A stretch of DNA of 64,000 nucleotides, from contig OZ242214.1 of the NCBI GenBank assembly GCA_965206595.1, forward strand, positions 6,592,001-6,656,000, in the 5' to 3' direction. Below the pieces are notes generated by a model, which worked only from the letters and a program-made list of their open reading frames with translations, ran no database searches and had not been told where the DNA came from. Positions within the stretch are counted from its first letter, which is position 1. Every line of letters begins with the position of its first letter. Source of the DNA: Candidatus Latescibacterota bacterium (GTDB lineage: Bacteria > Latescibacterota > UBA2968 > UBA8231). Positions 39,622 to 49,803 of the stretch are shown here, in pieces. The translations under genes were made by a program, and so were the position numbers.

Positions 39622-42534
39622 CTACAGTACCGGCACCAACTCCAGGGCCCGCCCGCCGTCGGCGTTGGCGGCTTCCAGGGCGTCGCGCGAACCCAGCACG
39701 GCTATGCGGCCCCTCTGCCCCACCTGTTCGAGCACGTCGGCGAAGGCCCGGAACTCCGCGGTCGTGGTCGCCAGCACCGCATCCCGCAGGCGCTGGCGAA
39801 AGCCGTCATCCATGCCGGTCAGCTCCCTCACCATCGAGGTGTAGCCCTTGGCGTCGGGCAGCTGGTAGGCGTCGAGGTCGCTGATCGTCCCGATGATCGC
39901 CTTGGTCAGCTCCTCCTCGGAGAGATCGACCTCGCGCAGAAAGCGCCCCGAGTCGTCGAAGTTGGCGAGGGTCTCGCGGAGGTTGGGGTCCCGGTACGAA
40001 GCGAAGGCGAGGATCCCCGAGAAGGGATCGAATGAACAGAAGGCCCCGTAGGCGCCGCCCTGGACGCGGACGCGGTCCCACAGCCATGTGTTGCGGAGGT
40101 AGCGCGTTATCACGGCGGCCGAGCCGTGCAGCTCGTACCCGAGCTCGTACAGGTTCGCGGCCTTGCCGACGTAGTTGACCTGCGCCGGGATCACCAGACC
40201 CTCGCACTTGCTGTCGTACCTCGGTTCCCACGCCGCTTCTTTCGCAGGGGCCTCCGGCAGCCCCTCGACCAGCTCCGCGAGCTGCCTCTCGAACCCGGGG
40301 CGGTCGGCGTCCGGGAGCGTGGCGTTGCACAGCAGGGTGCGCCGGTTCACCAGCAGGCGGCGCAGCTCCTCGAGCCTCGCGAGCACCCCGGGCCAGTCGC
40401 TCTCGATATCGGCGACCAGCTGCCGCAGGAAAAAGAGGTGGCTGACCCCCTCCATCTGCTCCGACACCCACGCCGCCTCGTCGAGCTGAGCCCGCAGGCG
40501 CAGGGCGACGACCCCGTGCCCCCCGGGCACAAGGCCGGCCTCCTGCTCGGCACGCTCCTCGAGCGCCATCTGCAGGAACCGCTCCCGGTTGTCGAGGTTC
40601 ACCGTGTTGAGGATGTCCCCCATGATGTCGACGAGGTCGCCGACTTGGCCGACCATTGCCTTGCCGCGCAGGAAGAATCGCGCCAGGGCCTCTTTCGAGC
40701 CGCGCCTGGACGACACCAGGGTACGCGGCCAGACACCGCCGGTGCGCGCGCCGATGCGCTGCGCGAGCTGTACGAAATCCTCCTTTTCGGTACCCATCTC
40801 GAGGAGGGCGCGCCCGAACAGCGGCAGGTAGGGGAGGAGCTGCTCCGGCACCGTGCGCACCGAGAAACCGATGTCCGCGTAGACGATGCCGTTGGTGAAG
40901 AGGTCGTGGAACAGGGCGGGGGCGCCTGCGACCTCCCCCCTGTCAAGCGGTATGGTGCGGATCTCCGGTTCCAGATCCTCGAGGGTCAGGCGCGGCAGCC
41001 TGGCGAGATCGGCAGGGTCGTCCGGTTGCTGCTGGCGCCGGGCAAGCTCTTCCGCCTCCGCGGCGATCGTCTGCAGCTGCCCGTCGCTCATCCCCGAACG
41101 CGCCCGGTTCAGCCGCTCCTCCTCATCCTGCTCCTCGCGCCGGGCCTGCTCTTCGTCGGCGCGCAGGTAGAGCATGGTGCAATGGCTGTTGTCGAGCAGG
41201 TGACGCCTGATCAGCTGCTCGAACCAGCCGTCCGCCTCGGCCCTCCGCCTGACCTCGGCCAGGGTTCCGGCGTAGGAAAGCGGCGCGAACGGGTCGCGGT
41301 CGTAGAGCCACGTCGTCAACGCCCTGAGCATCAGCGCCAGGCCGCGGGGAAAGGAACCGGTGTTGTTCTCCCGCAGGCGGAACTCCGAGGTATTGAGCGC
41401 CGCGGTCACCGTCTCCTTGGCGATGCCCTCCTCCGCCAGCGATTCCAGGGTCTTGAGCACCAGCTCGACGACTCCCTCCTCGTCTTCACGGGGGACCCCC
41501 TTCAGGCCGATCGAGAAGAAGAACTGTTGCAGCTCGGTCTCCAGGCCAGTACCGGAGAGATCTTCGCCGAAGCCCGACTCGATAAGCGCCTTGCGCAGCG
41601 GCGATGCCGGCGTCCCCAGCAGCGCGTGGTCTAGTATCTGCAACCCGAGACCGGTAACGGGGTCGATTTCCTCGTGCATAAGCCAGTTGACGGTGACCAT
41701 GCTCCTGGCGCGGCCGTCCCCACCCCCTTCCTCACCCGCGGCGTAGGTGCGCTCGACGCGCCGCCGCCCGGCGAACGGGGGCTGCCAGGCGACCGCCGAC
41801 CTGATCTCGACCGCCTGGTATTCGCCCAGGTACTCCTCGAGCACCTCGAAACGGCGCTCGACCGGGTCGTCGCCGTAGAAGTAGATGCGCGCGTTGGCCG
41901 GGTGGTAGAAGTCGCGGTGGAAGCTTTCGAACTGCTCGTAGGTCAGGTCCGGTATCTCGCGCGGGTGGCCCCCGGAATCGACGCCGTAGGTGTTGTCGGG
42001 GAACAGCGAATGCTGCACGTACTCCGCCATCACCCGGTCCGGCGAAGAGTTCGCCCCCTTCATCTCGTTGAACACCACCCCCTTGAACACCAGGGGGCCG
42101 CCGGCCTCCTCGAGCTCGTAATGCCAGCCCTCCTGCTGCAGAACCTGCGGCGTCAGGCGGGGGTGGAAGACCGCATCGAGGTAGACGTCGATCAGGTTGT
42201 AGAAATCCTGGAGGTTCTGACTGGCGACGGGATAGCAGGTCTTGTCGGGGTAGGTGAAGGCGTTGAGGAAGGTCTTCAGCGAACCTTTGAGCAGCTCGAC
42301 GAACGGCTCCTTGACCGGGTACTTGCGCGAGCCGCACAACACCGAGTGCTCGAGGATGTGCGCCACCCCGGTCGAATCCTCGGGCGGAGTCCGGAAGGTT
42401 ATGCCGAAGACCTTGTTCTCGTCGTCGTTCGAAAGCGACAGCAGCTCCGCACCGGTGCGGTGGCGGTAGAGGCGGCCCCGGGTGTCGAGCTCGGCGATGT
42501 CGCGCTCGGCGATCAGTTCGAAGTCATGGCTCAT
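39622..42534 (-). CDS. M16C insulinase family metallopeptidase (presequence protease-like)
   Basis: HILEH (HxxEH), FLNAFTYPDKTCYP, GVVFNEMKG, VRVQGGAYG, SYRDPN. Confidence 0.92.
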   Translation of the reverse strand: MSHDFELIAERDIAELDTRGRLYRHRTGAELLSLSNDDENKVFGITFRTPPEDSTGVAHILEHSVLCGSRKYPVKEPFVELLKGSLKTFLNAFTYPDKTCYPVASQNLQDFYNLIDVYLDAVFHPRLTPQVLQQEGWHYELEEAGGPLVFKGVVFNEMKGANSSPDRVMAEYVQHSLFPDNTYGVDSGGHPREIPDLTYEQFESFHRDFYHPANARIYFYGDDPVERRFEVLEEYLGEYQAVEIRSAVAWQPPFAGRRRVERTYAAGEEGGGDGRARSMVTVNWLMHEEIDPVTGLGLQILDHALLGTPASPLRKALIESGFGEDLSGTGLETELQQFFFSIGLKGVPREDEEGVVELVLKTLESLAEEGIAKETVTAALNTSEFRLRENNTGSFPRGLALMLRALTTWLYDRDPFAPLSYAGTLAEVRRRAEADGWFEQLIRRHLLDNSHCTMLYLRADEEQARREEQDEEERLNRARSGMSDGQLQTIAAEAEELARRQQQPDDPADLARLPRLTLEDLEPEIRTIPLDRGEVAGAPALFHDLFTNGIVYADIGFSVRTVPEQLLPYLPLFGRALLEMGTEKEDFVQLAQRIGARTGGVWPRTLVSSRRGSKEALARFFLRGKAMVGQVGDLVDIMGDILNTVNLDNRERFLQMALEERAEQEAGLVPGGHGVVALRLRAQLDEAAWVSEQMEGVSHLFFLRQLVADIESDWPGVLARLEELRRLLVNRRTLLCNATLPDADRPGFERQLAELVEGLPEAPAKEAAWEPRYDSKCEGLVIPAQVNYVGKAANLYELGYELHGSAAVITRYLRNTWLWDRVRVQGGAYGAFCSFDPFSGILAFASYRDPNLRETLANFDDSGRFLREVDLSEEELTKAIIGTISDLDAYQLPDAKGYTSMVRELTGMDDGFRQRLRDAVLATTTAEFRAFADVLEQVGQRGRIAVLGSRDALEAANADGGRALELVPVL

Positions 42535-42629
42535 GGTCGTGTGGTCCCGTTGGTGTGTCTTGTGAGTAGTGAGAGATGTGAATCGGGGGGCCACACCCGA
42601 AGCCTCCGGCCGCCGGCTTGCACCCCACT

Positions 42630-43802
42630 TCATCCCCTTCGGCCGGGGCAGATCTTGCCCAGCACCGCGGCGCGCGCCGCCCCGGTCGCCGCCGGCAGGT
42701 TGCCGCTGTTGCCGGCCAACGTCTCGTTGGCGAGGACCGCAAAGGCGAGGGCCTCCTTGGCGTCCGCGGGCACCCCGAGTTCGTCCGTGGGGGCCACGCG
42801 AAGATCGGGGAGCCCACGCACGATCTGATGCATCAGGCACCGGTTGTGCACGCCGCCGCCGCTGACCCAGAGCTCCTCCATCCTGCCGCCGGCCAGGGCG
42901 AAGCGGCCGATCCCCTGAACTATGGCGCCCGCGGAGAACGCCGTCAGGGTGGCAATCAGGGAGTCTCCCCCGAGCCCGCTTCCAGCCATCACCTCGAACA
43001 GGTACTCGGCGCCGAACTCCTCCCGGCCGGTCGATTTCGGCGGCGGCCGGTGCAGGAATTCGTGCCCGAGCAGGCGCGCCAGCCACCCCTCGTCGACCGC
43101 ACCCTTGGCGGCGCGGAGTCCGTCGCGGTCGAAACGCTCGCGGCCCCCGGTCAGGAACGAGACCGCGACGTCGACGAGCATGTTGCCTGGTCCGAGATCG
43201 AAGGCGGCGACGTCGTTGGCTCCGGCCCCGGGGGGCAGTATGGTGACGTTGGCGATGCCGCCGATGTTGAGCATCAGGCGCCCCCGCCCGGGATGGCCGA
43301 AGAGCAGGAGGTCGACCAGCGGCACCAGCGGAGCACCCTGGCCGCCAAGGGCGATGTCCGCGGGCCGGAAGTCGGCCACCGTGGTGATGCCGGTGCGCTG
43401 GGCGATCACCGCGGGCTCCCCGATCTGCAGGGTCGAGGGGCTGCCGGCCCCGGGGAAATGGCGCACCGTCTGCCCGTGGGAACCGATCAGGTCGACTTCT
43501 TCGGGGTCGGCGCCGGCCATGCGGATCACTTCGAGGGCGGCCAAGGCGAGCGCCTCGCCGAGTTCGAAGTCCAGCCCCGGCAGATCGTCGACCAGCGCGT
43601 CCGGCATGAAGAGGTCGAACAGCCCCTCGCGAAGAGCTTGGGGAATGTCGCCGGTGAAGTGGGCGAGAAGCTCGAACCCGGTGGTCGTTCCCGATGCGGA
43701 GATCCGGGCCAGCACGGCGTCGATGCCGTCCGCGGAGGTCCCCGTCATCAGGCCGACCACGAGGCGGCTGGGCTTGGCGGCGATCTCCTCAAGAAGCTGC
43801 AT
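42630..43802 (-). CDS. anmK: Anhydro-N-acetylmuramic acid kinase
   Basis: GLMTGTSADGID, GSHGQT, DFR..D.ALGGQGAPLVP, NIGGIAN, KSTGRE, KEA.AFA. Confidence 0.93.
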   Translation of the reverse strand: MQLLEEIAAKPSRLVVGLMTGTSADGIDAVLARISASGTTTGFELLAHFTGDIPQALREGLFDLFMPDALVDDLPGLDFELGEALALAALEVIRMAGADPEEVDLIGSHGQTVRHFPGAGSPSTLQIGEPAVIAQRTGITTVADFRPADIALGGQGAPLVPLVDLLLFGHPGRGRLMLNIGGIANVTILPPGAGANDVAAFDLGPGNMLVDVAVSFLTGGRERFDRDGLRAAKGAVDEGWLARLLGHEFLHRPPPKSTGREEFGAEYLFEVMAGSGLGGDSLIATLTAFSAGAIVQGIGRFALAGGRMEELWVSGGGVHNRCLMHQIVRGLPDLRVAPTDELGVPADAKEALAFAVLANETLAGNSGNLPAATGAARAAVLGKICPGRRG

Positions 43803-45240
43803 GCGCTGATCCGGGTGCCGGGGTCGGGGTCGCTGCCGCCCCCGCCCGCGCCACCGCGGCGAACAGGATGGCGAAAAGGACGGCGAAGCGGCCGTTGATC
43901 ATCGAGCCGTCGGCGATGCCGAAAACCCCCATCGCGACCAGGGCGCTGAAGGCCGCGGCCGCGAAGGCGCGCTGGTCGACAGCGGCCCCCGAGTGAAACC
44001 GGTTCCAGGCAGTTCGCAGCAGACGCAGGTACAACAGCGAAAAAAGGATCAGCCCTGGCAGTCCCATCTTCAGCCACAGGGTCAGGAACAGGCTGTCGAC
44101 GGTCCAGGCGTGCCAGGTCTCGAACCTGCCCTGGTCTGGATTGAAGCCGTAAAACCTCAGGGTCCTGCCCTGGCCGCTGCCGAGAACCGGGCGCTCGGCA
44201 ATCGCCCCCAGCACCTCGGAATAACCCATGAGGCGCCCCAGCACCTGCACGTCCCGGGTGTAGTCGACGAAGGTGCGCGAGCGTTCGAGTGCATGGGCGC
44301 TGACCGCGGCGCCTGTGAAGCGCTGGAACACCAGCACCGAGGCGACGAGAAGGAGAACGACGGCCGCGGCGAGAATTGCCGCCCCCCAGGCGCGGCGCGC
44401 CCCGCGCGGCCGGCTGCGGTGCCTGAGCCACAAAGTCGCCGCCAGCCCTACGGCAAAGGCGAGCCACATGCCCCGGCCCACGGTAAGGGCGAACGCCAGT
44501 CCCGTGGGAACGAACGCCAGCGCCGGCAGCAGGCGCCCGAAGCGCCCCGGGTCGTGGATGAAGAGGTTGGCCGTCATCAGCATGGCCACCGGCAATACCA
44601 CCCCTTGCGGGCGCGCGACGCGAAAGAAGCGCTCTCCTGCCGACAGGTCGATGGCCCCGAGAAACTCGAAGATGTACGTAACCCCAACGACCGGACCGAC
44701 GAACATGAGAGCCGGAGCGATCAGACGCGCCCCGTCTCGAGGGGAGAAGGCCTGGGTGGCAGCGAAGAAGGCGACGTAATAGAGGGGATAGCGGAGATTG
44801 CGGAGGATGCTCCCCTTGTCGTCGTTGCCGTAGTACACCCCCAGCAGGGCGGAGAGCAGGGCAACGGCGAGAAAGGCGGCGACGAGGCGATCGACATCCG
44901 TGGTCGTCACCCGCAGCCGGCGCGCCCAGGCGACCTCGATCGCCAGGAACAGCAGGGTTGCGATCAACAGCACCTCGGTCAGCTTGAACCCGAGGGGTAT
45001 GCGCAGGAGCACGAGCACAGGGCCCGGAATCACCGCGGTCGCCACGAGCAGGACGACTAGCGAACGCCTGACCGAGAAAAGCATGGCCGCGGCGGTCAGC
45101 AGGGCCGCGGCGATCAGCGGGACGTAGTGGGCCGACCAGAATGCCGGCGCCACGACGATCCCGCACAGCAGCGCGCAGGCCGCGGCGATCAGGCGGTTGT
45201 CGCGAGGGTCGAAGGAGTGCCGTACGGTGACCGCGGTCAC
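43789..45240 (-). CDS. O-antigen ligase/polymerase (Wzy_C) family membrane protein
   Basis: Many TM helices, TVGRGMW, PVLGSGQG, DSLFLTLWLKMGLPGL; GTGA overlap with the upstream methyltransferase. Confidence 0.75.
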   Translation of the reverse strand: MTAVTVRHSFDPRDNRLIAAACALLCGIVVAPAFWSAHYVPLIAAALLTAAAMLFSVRRSLVVLLVATAVIPGPVLVLLRIPLGFKLTEVLLIATLLFLAIEVAWARRLRVTTTDVDRLVAAFLAVALLSALLGVYYGNDDKGSILRNLRYPLYYVAFFAATQAFSPRDGARLIAPALMFVGPVVGVTYIFEFLGAIDLSAGERFFRVARPQGVVLPVAMLMTANLFIHDPGRFGRLLPALAFVPTGLAFALTVGRGMWLAFAVGLAATLWLRHRSRPRGARRAWGAAILAAAVVLLLVASVLVFQRFTGAAVSAHALERSRTFVDYTRDVQVLGRLMGYSEVLGAIAERPVLGSGQGRTLRFYGFNPDQGRFETWHAWTVDSLFLTLWLKMGLPGLILFSLLYLRLLRTAWNRFHSGAAVDQRAFAAAAFSALVAMGVFGIADGSMINGRFAVLFAILFAAVARAGAAATPTPAPGSAHAAS

Positions 45241-45923
45241 GGTGCCGCCCCTCCTCCGGGGCGCTCTGCGATCAGCAGGAAGTTCCACGCGTCTCCCTCG
45301 ACGCGGTGGAGCCTGTCGAGGAGGAAGCCGGCTACCTGGATCAGCGCGTAGAGAGGCCGCGTCACCCAGGCGAGACCGATCTTCTCGAACTGCTGCAGGT
45401 ACTGGCAGGCGCGCGCCGCCGCAGTCACCCAGTAGCCCGCCAGGGCCTGCACGCTCGCCACCTCGAGGCCGGCGTCTCCGGCGAGCTGGCGCAGTCCGAA
45501 GCCGGTGAAGCGGAAATAGTCGCGGGGCTCCTCGTGGACTCCCCACATATGGGGGGCCGTCACGATCAGGCAACCACCGGGAGCCAGCACCCGCGCCATC
45601 TCTTCGACCATCCGCGCCGGTCGCGGCACGTGCTCGAGTACCTGGAAGGAGACAACGGTCTGGAAGCTGCCCTCCCGGAACGGCAGGGCGAGGGCGTCCC
45701 CCCATACATCGGGAGGGGAAGCGGCGAAGCGGCGGCGGTCGAACTCGAGATGGGTCAGGGATTCCCCTGCGGCGGCCAGCAGGGGCGCGAACGGCCGCTC
45801 CCCGCAGCCGACGTCGAGGATGCGGCCGCGGGCGCAGCGGCTGACCGCGTCCTCGACGCAGCGCCGGTGGATGCTGTGGACCAGCCAGTTCACCGAGAAG
45901 GGTGAGCGCGGCTGCGGCTTCAT
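45237..45923 (-). CDS. Class I SAM-dependent methyltransferase
   Basis: ILDVGCG, DALALPF, QVLEHV, LAPGG, HEEPRDYFRFT. Confidence 0.88.
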   Translation of the reverse strand: MKPQPRSPFSVNWLVHSIHRRCVEDAVSRCARGRILDVGCGERPFAPLLAAAGESLTHLEFDRRRFAASPPDVWGDALALPFREGSFQTVVSFQVLEHVPRPARMVEEMARVLAPGGCLIVTAPHMWGVHEEPRDYFRFTGFGLRQLAGDAGLEVASVQALAGYWVTAAARACQYLQQFEKIGLAWVTRPLYALIQVAGFLLDRLHRVEGDAWNFLLIAERPGGGAAP

Positions 45924-45942
45924 GGGACGGGCTCGACCGAGC

Positions 45943-47055
45943 CTATGAACGGTCGCGGGCCGAGTGCGGGTAGTAGTCGACGACCTGCCCCTCACCGCCG
46001 ATTACGTAGCTGCCCGGGTAGCGGACCGTCGTCGGGCAGACGTGCCCGGGGACGGCGAGCAGGTAGGTCCCTATCCCGGGCAGGTCGCCGTCGCAGGCGA
46101 AGACGCCGTGCTCCTCGTTCTGCCTGGCCAGGTTGGCGCCTCCCATGCCGAGAAGGCTTGCCCGGCTCGACAGCGGCGGATCTCCAGCGATCGCCTTGTA
46201 CCCGAGATCGGTCGTGAAGGTCTTCTGGTCGGGGTGGCGGTCGACGACCTGGGTCAGCACCAGGGCGGCAAACCGGAAAGGGGTGTCCGGCATCCCGCCC
46301 TGGTAGCCGGCATCCCAGTAGATGCAGGCCCCGGGGGATCCGAGCATCCCCTCGGCGCGGGCGTAGAACGGATAGGAGAAGCTGCTGCCCCCGACGACAC
46401 GCCCCGCCTCCATCCCCTCGGCCTCGAGCGCGGCGATGAGCTTACCCGCCTCCTCTATGTGGCGGTTGGCCGCGGCTTCCCGCAGGGTGCGGTCGCTGAA
46501 GTGCTCGTGCCCGTCGTAGATGTGAAGGCCGCTTCCCTCGACCTGGTCCTCGCGCCCCAGGCGCCGGTACAGGGCAATCGCCGGCGCGCCGAAGGCGACC
46601 CCGGTCCGGTGCTGGCCGGCGTCGAGGTCGAGCATGGCGCGCAGGGTCAGGGATTTCTCCCGCGCCACCGAGGCAAGGACATCGACGTGGCAATCGCTGC
46701 TGACTATGGCGTGGACGAGGGCGCCCGGATGTGCGGCGGTCAGCTCGGCGAGGCGCTCGACCTTGGAGCGCTGCACCAGGGGGTAGGACAGGATCGCCTC
46801 CTCCGCGCCGGCCTCGAGCACCATCTGCAGCTCCCGGAGGGTCGCGCACTTGAAGCCGCTGACCCCGGACTCGAGCTGCTTGGCGGCCACCGCCTGCGAC
46901 TTGTGGGTCTTGACGTGCGGCATCAGCCGCGCGGCCCCGCCGGCCTCTTCGGCCATCGCCGCGATATTGTGATCCACCATGTCCTCGAACAGGACCATGG
47001 CGGGCGTCTCGATGCCTTCAGGATCCGCGATCCGGTAATCTTGGGAGTCGATCAT
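45943..47055 (-). CDS. D-threonine aldolase/DSD1-like PLP enzyme (fold type III)
   Basis: ETPA, PHVKTHK, HRTG, YDGH, DLGYKA, EEHG, HVCPT. Confidence 0.88.
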   Translation of the reverse strand: MIDSQDYRIADPEGIETPAMVLFEDMVDHNIAAMAEEAGGAARLMPHVKTHKSQAVAAKQLESGVSGFKCATLRELQMVLEAGAEEAILSYPLVQRSKVERLAELTAAHPGALVHAIVSSDCHVDVLASVAREKSLTLRAMLDLDAGQHRTGVAFGAPAIALYRRLGREDQVEGSGLHIYDGHEHFSDRTLREAAANRHIEEAGKLIAALEAEGMEAGRVVGGSSFSYPFYARAEGMLGSPGACIYWDAGYQGGMPDTPFRFAALVLTQVVDRHPDQKTFTTDLGYKAIAGDPPLSSRASLLGMGGANLARQNEEHGVFACDGDLPGIGTYLLAVPGHVCPTTVRYPGSYVIGGEGQVVDYYPHSARDRS

Positions 47056-47172
47056 CGCTGCTTCGGGGGGCCTTGAAGTTTTGCTGGAATATTGACGTAA
47101 AGCATTGAAAATTAATGCGCTCGGGAGTCAGTGGCAATCGCTGGAGGCCACGCTTTTTCCCGGTCGGACCGG

Positions 47173-48078
47173 TCAGACTCCGAACCCCCGGCGGCTCTCC
47201 AGCTCGTCGATGGTTCGCGGCCAGTCCTCCTTCAGCAGCTTCGAGAGCTGACGGTCGGCGAGGATCTTTCCCCCGGTCTGGCAGCGCGGGCAGTAGTTGG
47301 TCTCGTTGGCGGCGTACTCGATGCGTTGAATCTGCGTCCCGCAGACCGGGCAGGGCTCACCGTAGCGGCCGTGGGCCGCCATTCCCGGGCGGAAGGCGGT
47401 GACCTTTTCGGGAAAACCATCGGCGCCTTCGCATCGCAGCCGCTCGATCCACAGGGCCAGGGTCGAGCGCGCAGCCTCGTGCAGCCGCGCGATTTCCTCC
47501 TCGCTCAGCCGGCTCGTCCACTTGACCGGGGAAAGGCCTGCGGCATGGAGGATTTCGTCTGAGTAGGCGTTGCCTATGCCGCTGAACAGGCGGGGATCGG
47601 TTAGGGAGCGCTTGAGAGTGTGGTTCTCGCTCAGCAGCGCCTGCCGGAACTCCTTCACGCCGGCGCCGAGCACCTCGATCCCCCCCGGGTCGTGGCCCGC
47701 CAGGCCGGCCTCACCCTGAACGACGTGCAGGGAGGCGCGCTTCTTCGACCCCGCCTCGGTCACCATCAGAACCCCCCGATCGAAATCGAACGCCGCCAGG
47801 TCGATCCTGCCCCTCGGTTTCGAACCGGGTTTCCTCCAGTGGTAACGGCCGGCGATCATCAGGTGGAAGACGAGGAACAGCTCCCCCTCCAGCTCCCAGA
47901 CGATCCTCTTGCCGATGCGGCGGAACCCGCGCACCTCCCTGCCGTTTGCGGCCTCCAGCCCCGGGTCGAAGGAACGCACGAAGAACTGGCTCCTCAGCTC
48001 GGTCCCGGCGATGGTCCTGCCGCCGATGTCGCGGTCGAGGGCGTCGATGTAGAGGGCGACGTCCGGCAGCTCAGGCAT
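47173..48078 (-). CDS. Fpg/Nei family DNA glycosylase/AP lyase
   Basis: MPELPDV, HLMIAG, GIGNAYSDEIL (H2TH), CPVC..CPRCQ zinc finger. Confidence 0.9.
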   Translation of the reverse strand: MPELPDVALYIDALDRDIGGRTIAGTELRSQFFVRSFDPGLEAANGREVRGFRRIGKRIVWELEGELFLVFHLMIAGRYHWRKPGSKPRGRIDLAAFDFDRGVLMVTEAGSKKRASLHVVQGEAGLAGHDPGGIEVLGAGVKEFRQALLSENHTLKRSLTDPRLFSGIGNAYSDEILHAAGLSPVKWTSRLSEEEIARLHEAARSTLALWIERLRCEGADGFPEKVTAFRPGMAAHGRYGEPCPVCGTQIQRIEYAANETNYCPRCQTGGKILADRQLSKLLKEDWPRTIDELESRRGFGV

Positions 48079-48910
48079 TGCCCCGGTTCTTTCTGCCGAC
48101 GTGGAGGAAGTGCAGGGTGCCACCAAGCAGGTCGGGGAGCTCGCAGGTTTTGCGCAGAATGTCGAACCAGGCCTGCTTGTCCCGCTCTTCCGCCAGGACC
48201 TTTTCCTGGCGGACCTGGAAGAAAGCCCCGACTCCCTCGAGGTTGCGCATGCGCAGGGTCTCGAAGCCCCCTGCTTCCATCATGTCCCTCGCCTCCCGAG
48301 GCCAGCAGCGGAAGTGGTCGCTCATCGAGGTGATGCCGCTCGCCGCCCGGACCAGGCCCCGCTCGAGCAGGTCGTCGAGGAAGGCGTCGTCGTGCAGCAG
48401 GGAAGGGTCGTGGGTGAGCATGCGCGAGAACACCGGGTAGCGGCTGATGAACGAGGCGACGGCGATTCCACCCGGCTTGAGGATACGGAAGGTTTCGGCG
48501 ATCGCCCGGCGGCGTTCCCCTTCCTCCAGCAGGTGGTAGAGCGGCCCCATCAGCAGGGCGGCGTCGAACTGCTCCCCGGGGATCCAGCTCAGGTCGGTGG
48601 CGCAGGATTTCCAGGTGAACTGCACGCGGCCGCGGTGGGCTTCGCCGATGCGGCTGTTGAACAGTGCCAGGCAGCTCCCCGAGAGATCGACGAGGCCGAC
48701 CTCGCACCCCCGCCGCTTCAGCAGGTACTCCGAATAGCGGCCCGGACCGGCCCCGATGTCGACGACCGCCGAGCCCCCGGCGACGTACTCGTTGATCAGC
48801 TCGACCGTCAGCTCCCACTCCGCTTCATGCAGAGGGGACTGCAGCAACCGCCCGTACTCCCGTTGCGCCCCGTCGTCGTAGGAGCGGGTGATGAGCTCCC
48901 TTGCCGTCAT
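48071..48910 (-). CDS. Class I SAM-dependent methyltransferase
   Basis: VDIGAGPGRYS, VDLS, FDAALLMGPLYHL, LKPGG. Confidence 0.88.
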   Translation of the reverse strand: MTARELITRSYDDGAQREYGRLLQSPLHEAEWELTVELINEYVAGGSAVVDIGAGPGRYSEYLLKRRGCEVGLVDLSGSCLALFNSRIGEAHRGRVQFTWKSCATDLSWIPGEQFDAALLMGPLYHLLEEGERRRAIAETFRILKPGGIAVASFISRYPVFSRMLTHDPSLLHDDAFLDDLLERGLVRAASGITSMSDHFRCWPREARDMMEAGGFETLRMRNLEGVGAFFQVRQEKVLAEERDKQAWFDILRKTCELPDLLGGTLHFLHVGRKNRGNA

Positions 48911-48934
48911 GGCAGGGTGCGAAGCGCTGGCCCG

Positions 48935-49699
48935 CTACTTCTTTTTCTTCGCGGCTTTTCGCTTCCCGGCCTTGTCCTGGGTGCCGTAGGCGTGACCCTG
49001 AAAAATGGCGCGCAGCTCCGCCGCGGACGTCGCCTTCCGCATCCGCTCCTGCTGTTCCGCTTCCTCAGCCAGCAGGGTGGCGACGTTGTCGTGCACCGCC
49101 TGCAGGTGCTCGGCGGGAAATTTGCAGGCCCCGTGCTCGTCCATGTGGATGATCTCCCCCGGGCTGACGTCCATCCCCGAAATCGACACCGGCACGTTGA
49201 CGGCGTGGAGCTGCATCTCCCCGTGTCCGGGGGTGACCCCGCTCAGCAGGTACTGGAACTCCATCGGCCGGATCTCCTCGACGTCGCGGGAGGGGCCGTT
49301 CGAAATCGCCCCGATGCAGCCGACCGCCTTCATCGCCGTTACCATGTTTCCCCCTGCCAACCCCACCTTGCCGGCGAGCCGGCGCGGGAATTTCTGCTGG
49401 AAAACGAGAATCGTCGGCTGCGGCGAAGCCTCGAGGGCGTCGAGCACGTCCATGAACGACAGGCGGTTGAAGTTGGGGTCGGGCATGCCGAAGACGCAGG
49501 TCACCGCGTACCCGGCGACCGCTCCCAGCTCGGGATACATGCAGCGGATGCGCTGATCGGTGTACCAGTTCTCCGTCCAGGGATGGTACAAGCCGAGGCA
49601 GAGCGGGTTGTTCGGGTAGGTGGCGACGACGTTGGTGATCGAGGGGGTGTCGAACCTGCGGAGCTTCTCGAGCAGGTCGAGTTCGGGTGTTTCGGCCAT
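48935..49699 (-). CDS. RraA family protein (HMG aldolase-like)
   Basis: FDTPSITN, GYAVT, GGNM, SRD, GEIIHMDEHGA. Confidence 0.85.
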   Translation of the reverse strand: MAETPELDLLEKLRRFDTPSITNVVATYPNNPLCLGLYHPWTENWYTDQRIRCMYPELGAVAGYAVTCVFGMPDPNFNRLSFMDVLDALEASPQPTILVFQQKFPRRLAGKVGLAGGNMVTAMKAVGCIGAISNGPSRDVEEIRPMEFQYLLSGVTPGHGEMQLHAVNVPVSISGMDVSPGEIIHMDEHGACKFPAEHLQAVHDNVATLLAEEAEQQERMRKATSAAELRAIFQGHAYGTQDKAGKRKAAKKKK

Positions 49700-49803
49700 G
49701 AATTTGCGGCTCCATTGATCGGGATGAAAGGCGAAGGTTTTTCAACCTATCCCATGGGGACAAAGCTGGCAATCGGAGCCGGGGACTGCGCAAAGCGGGC
49801 CTG

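Noticed and set aside
39622-42534. Eukaryote-like presequence protease as a horizontal transfer signal
   Set aside because: M16C peptidases are established in many bacteria and composition matches the surrounding genes
42535-43086. N-terminal extension of listed ORF 39622..43086
   Set aside because: Overlaps anmK in another frame and is low-complexity; the peptidase begins at 42534
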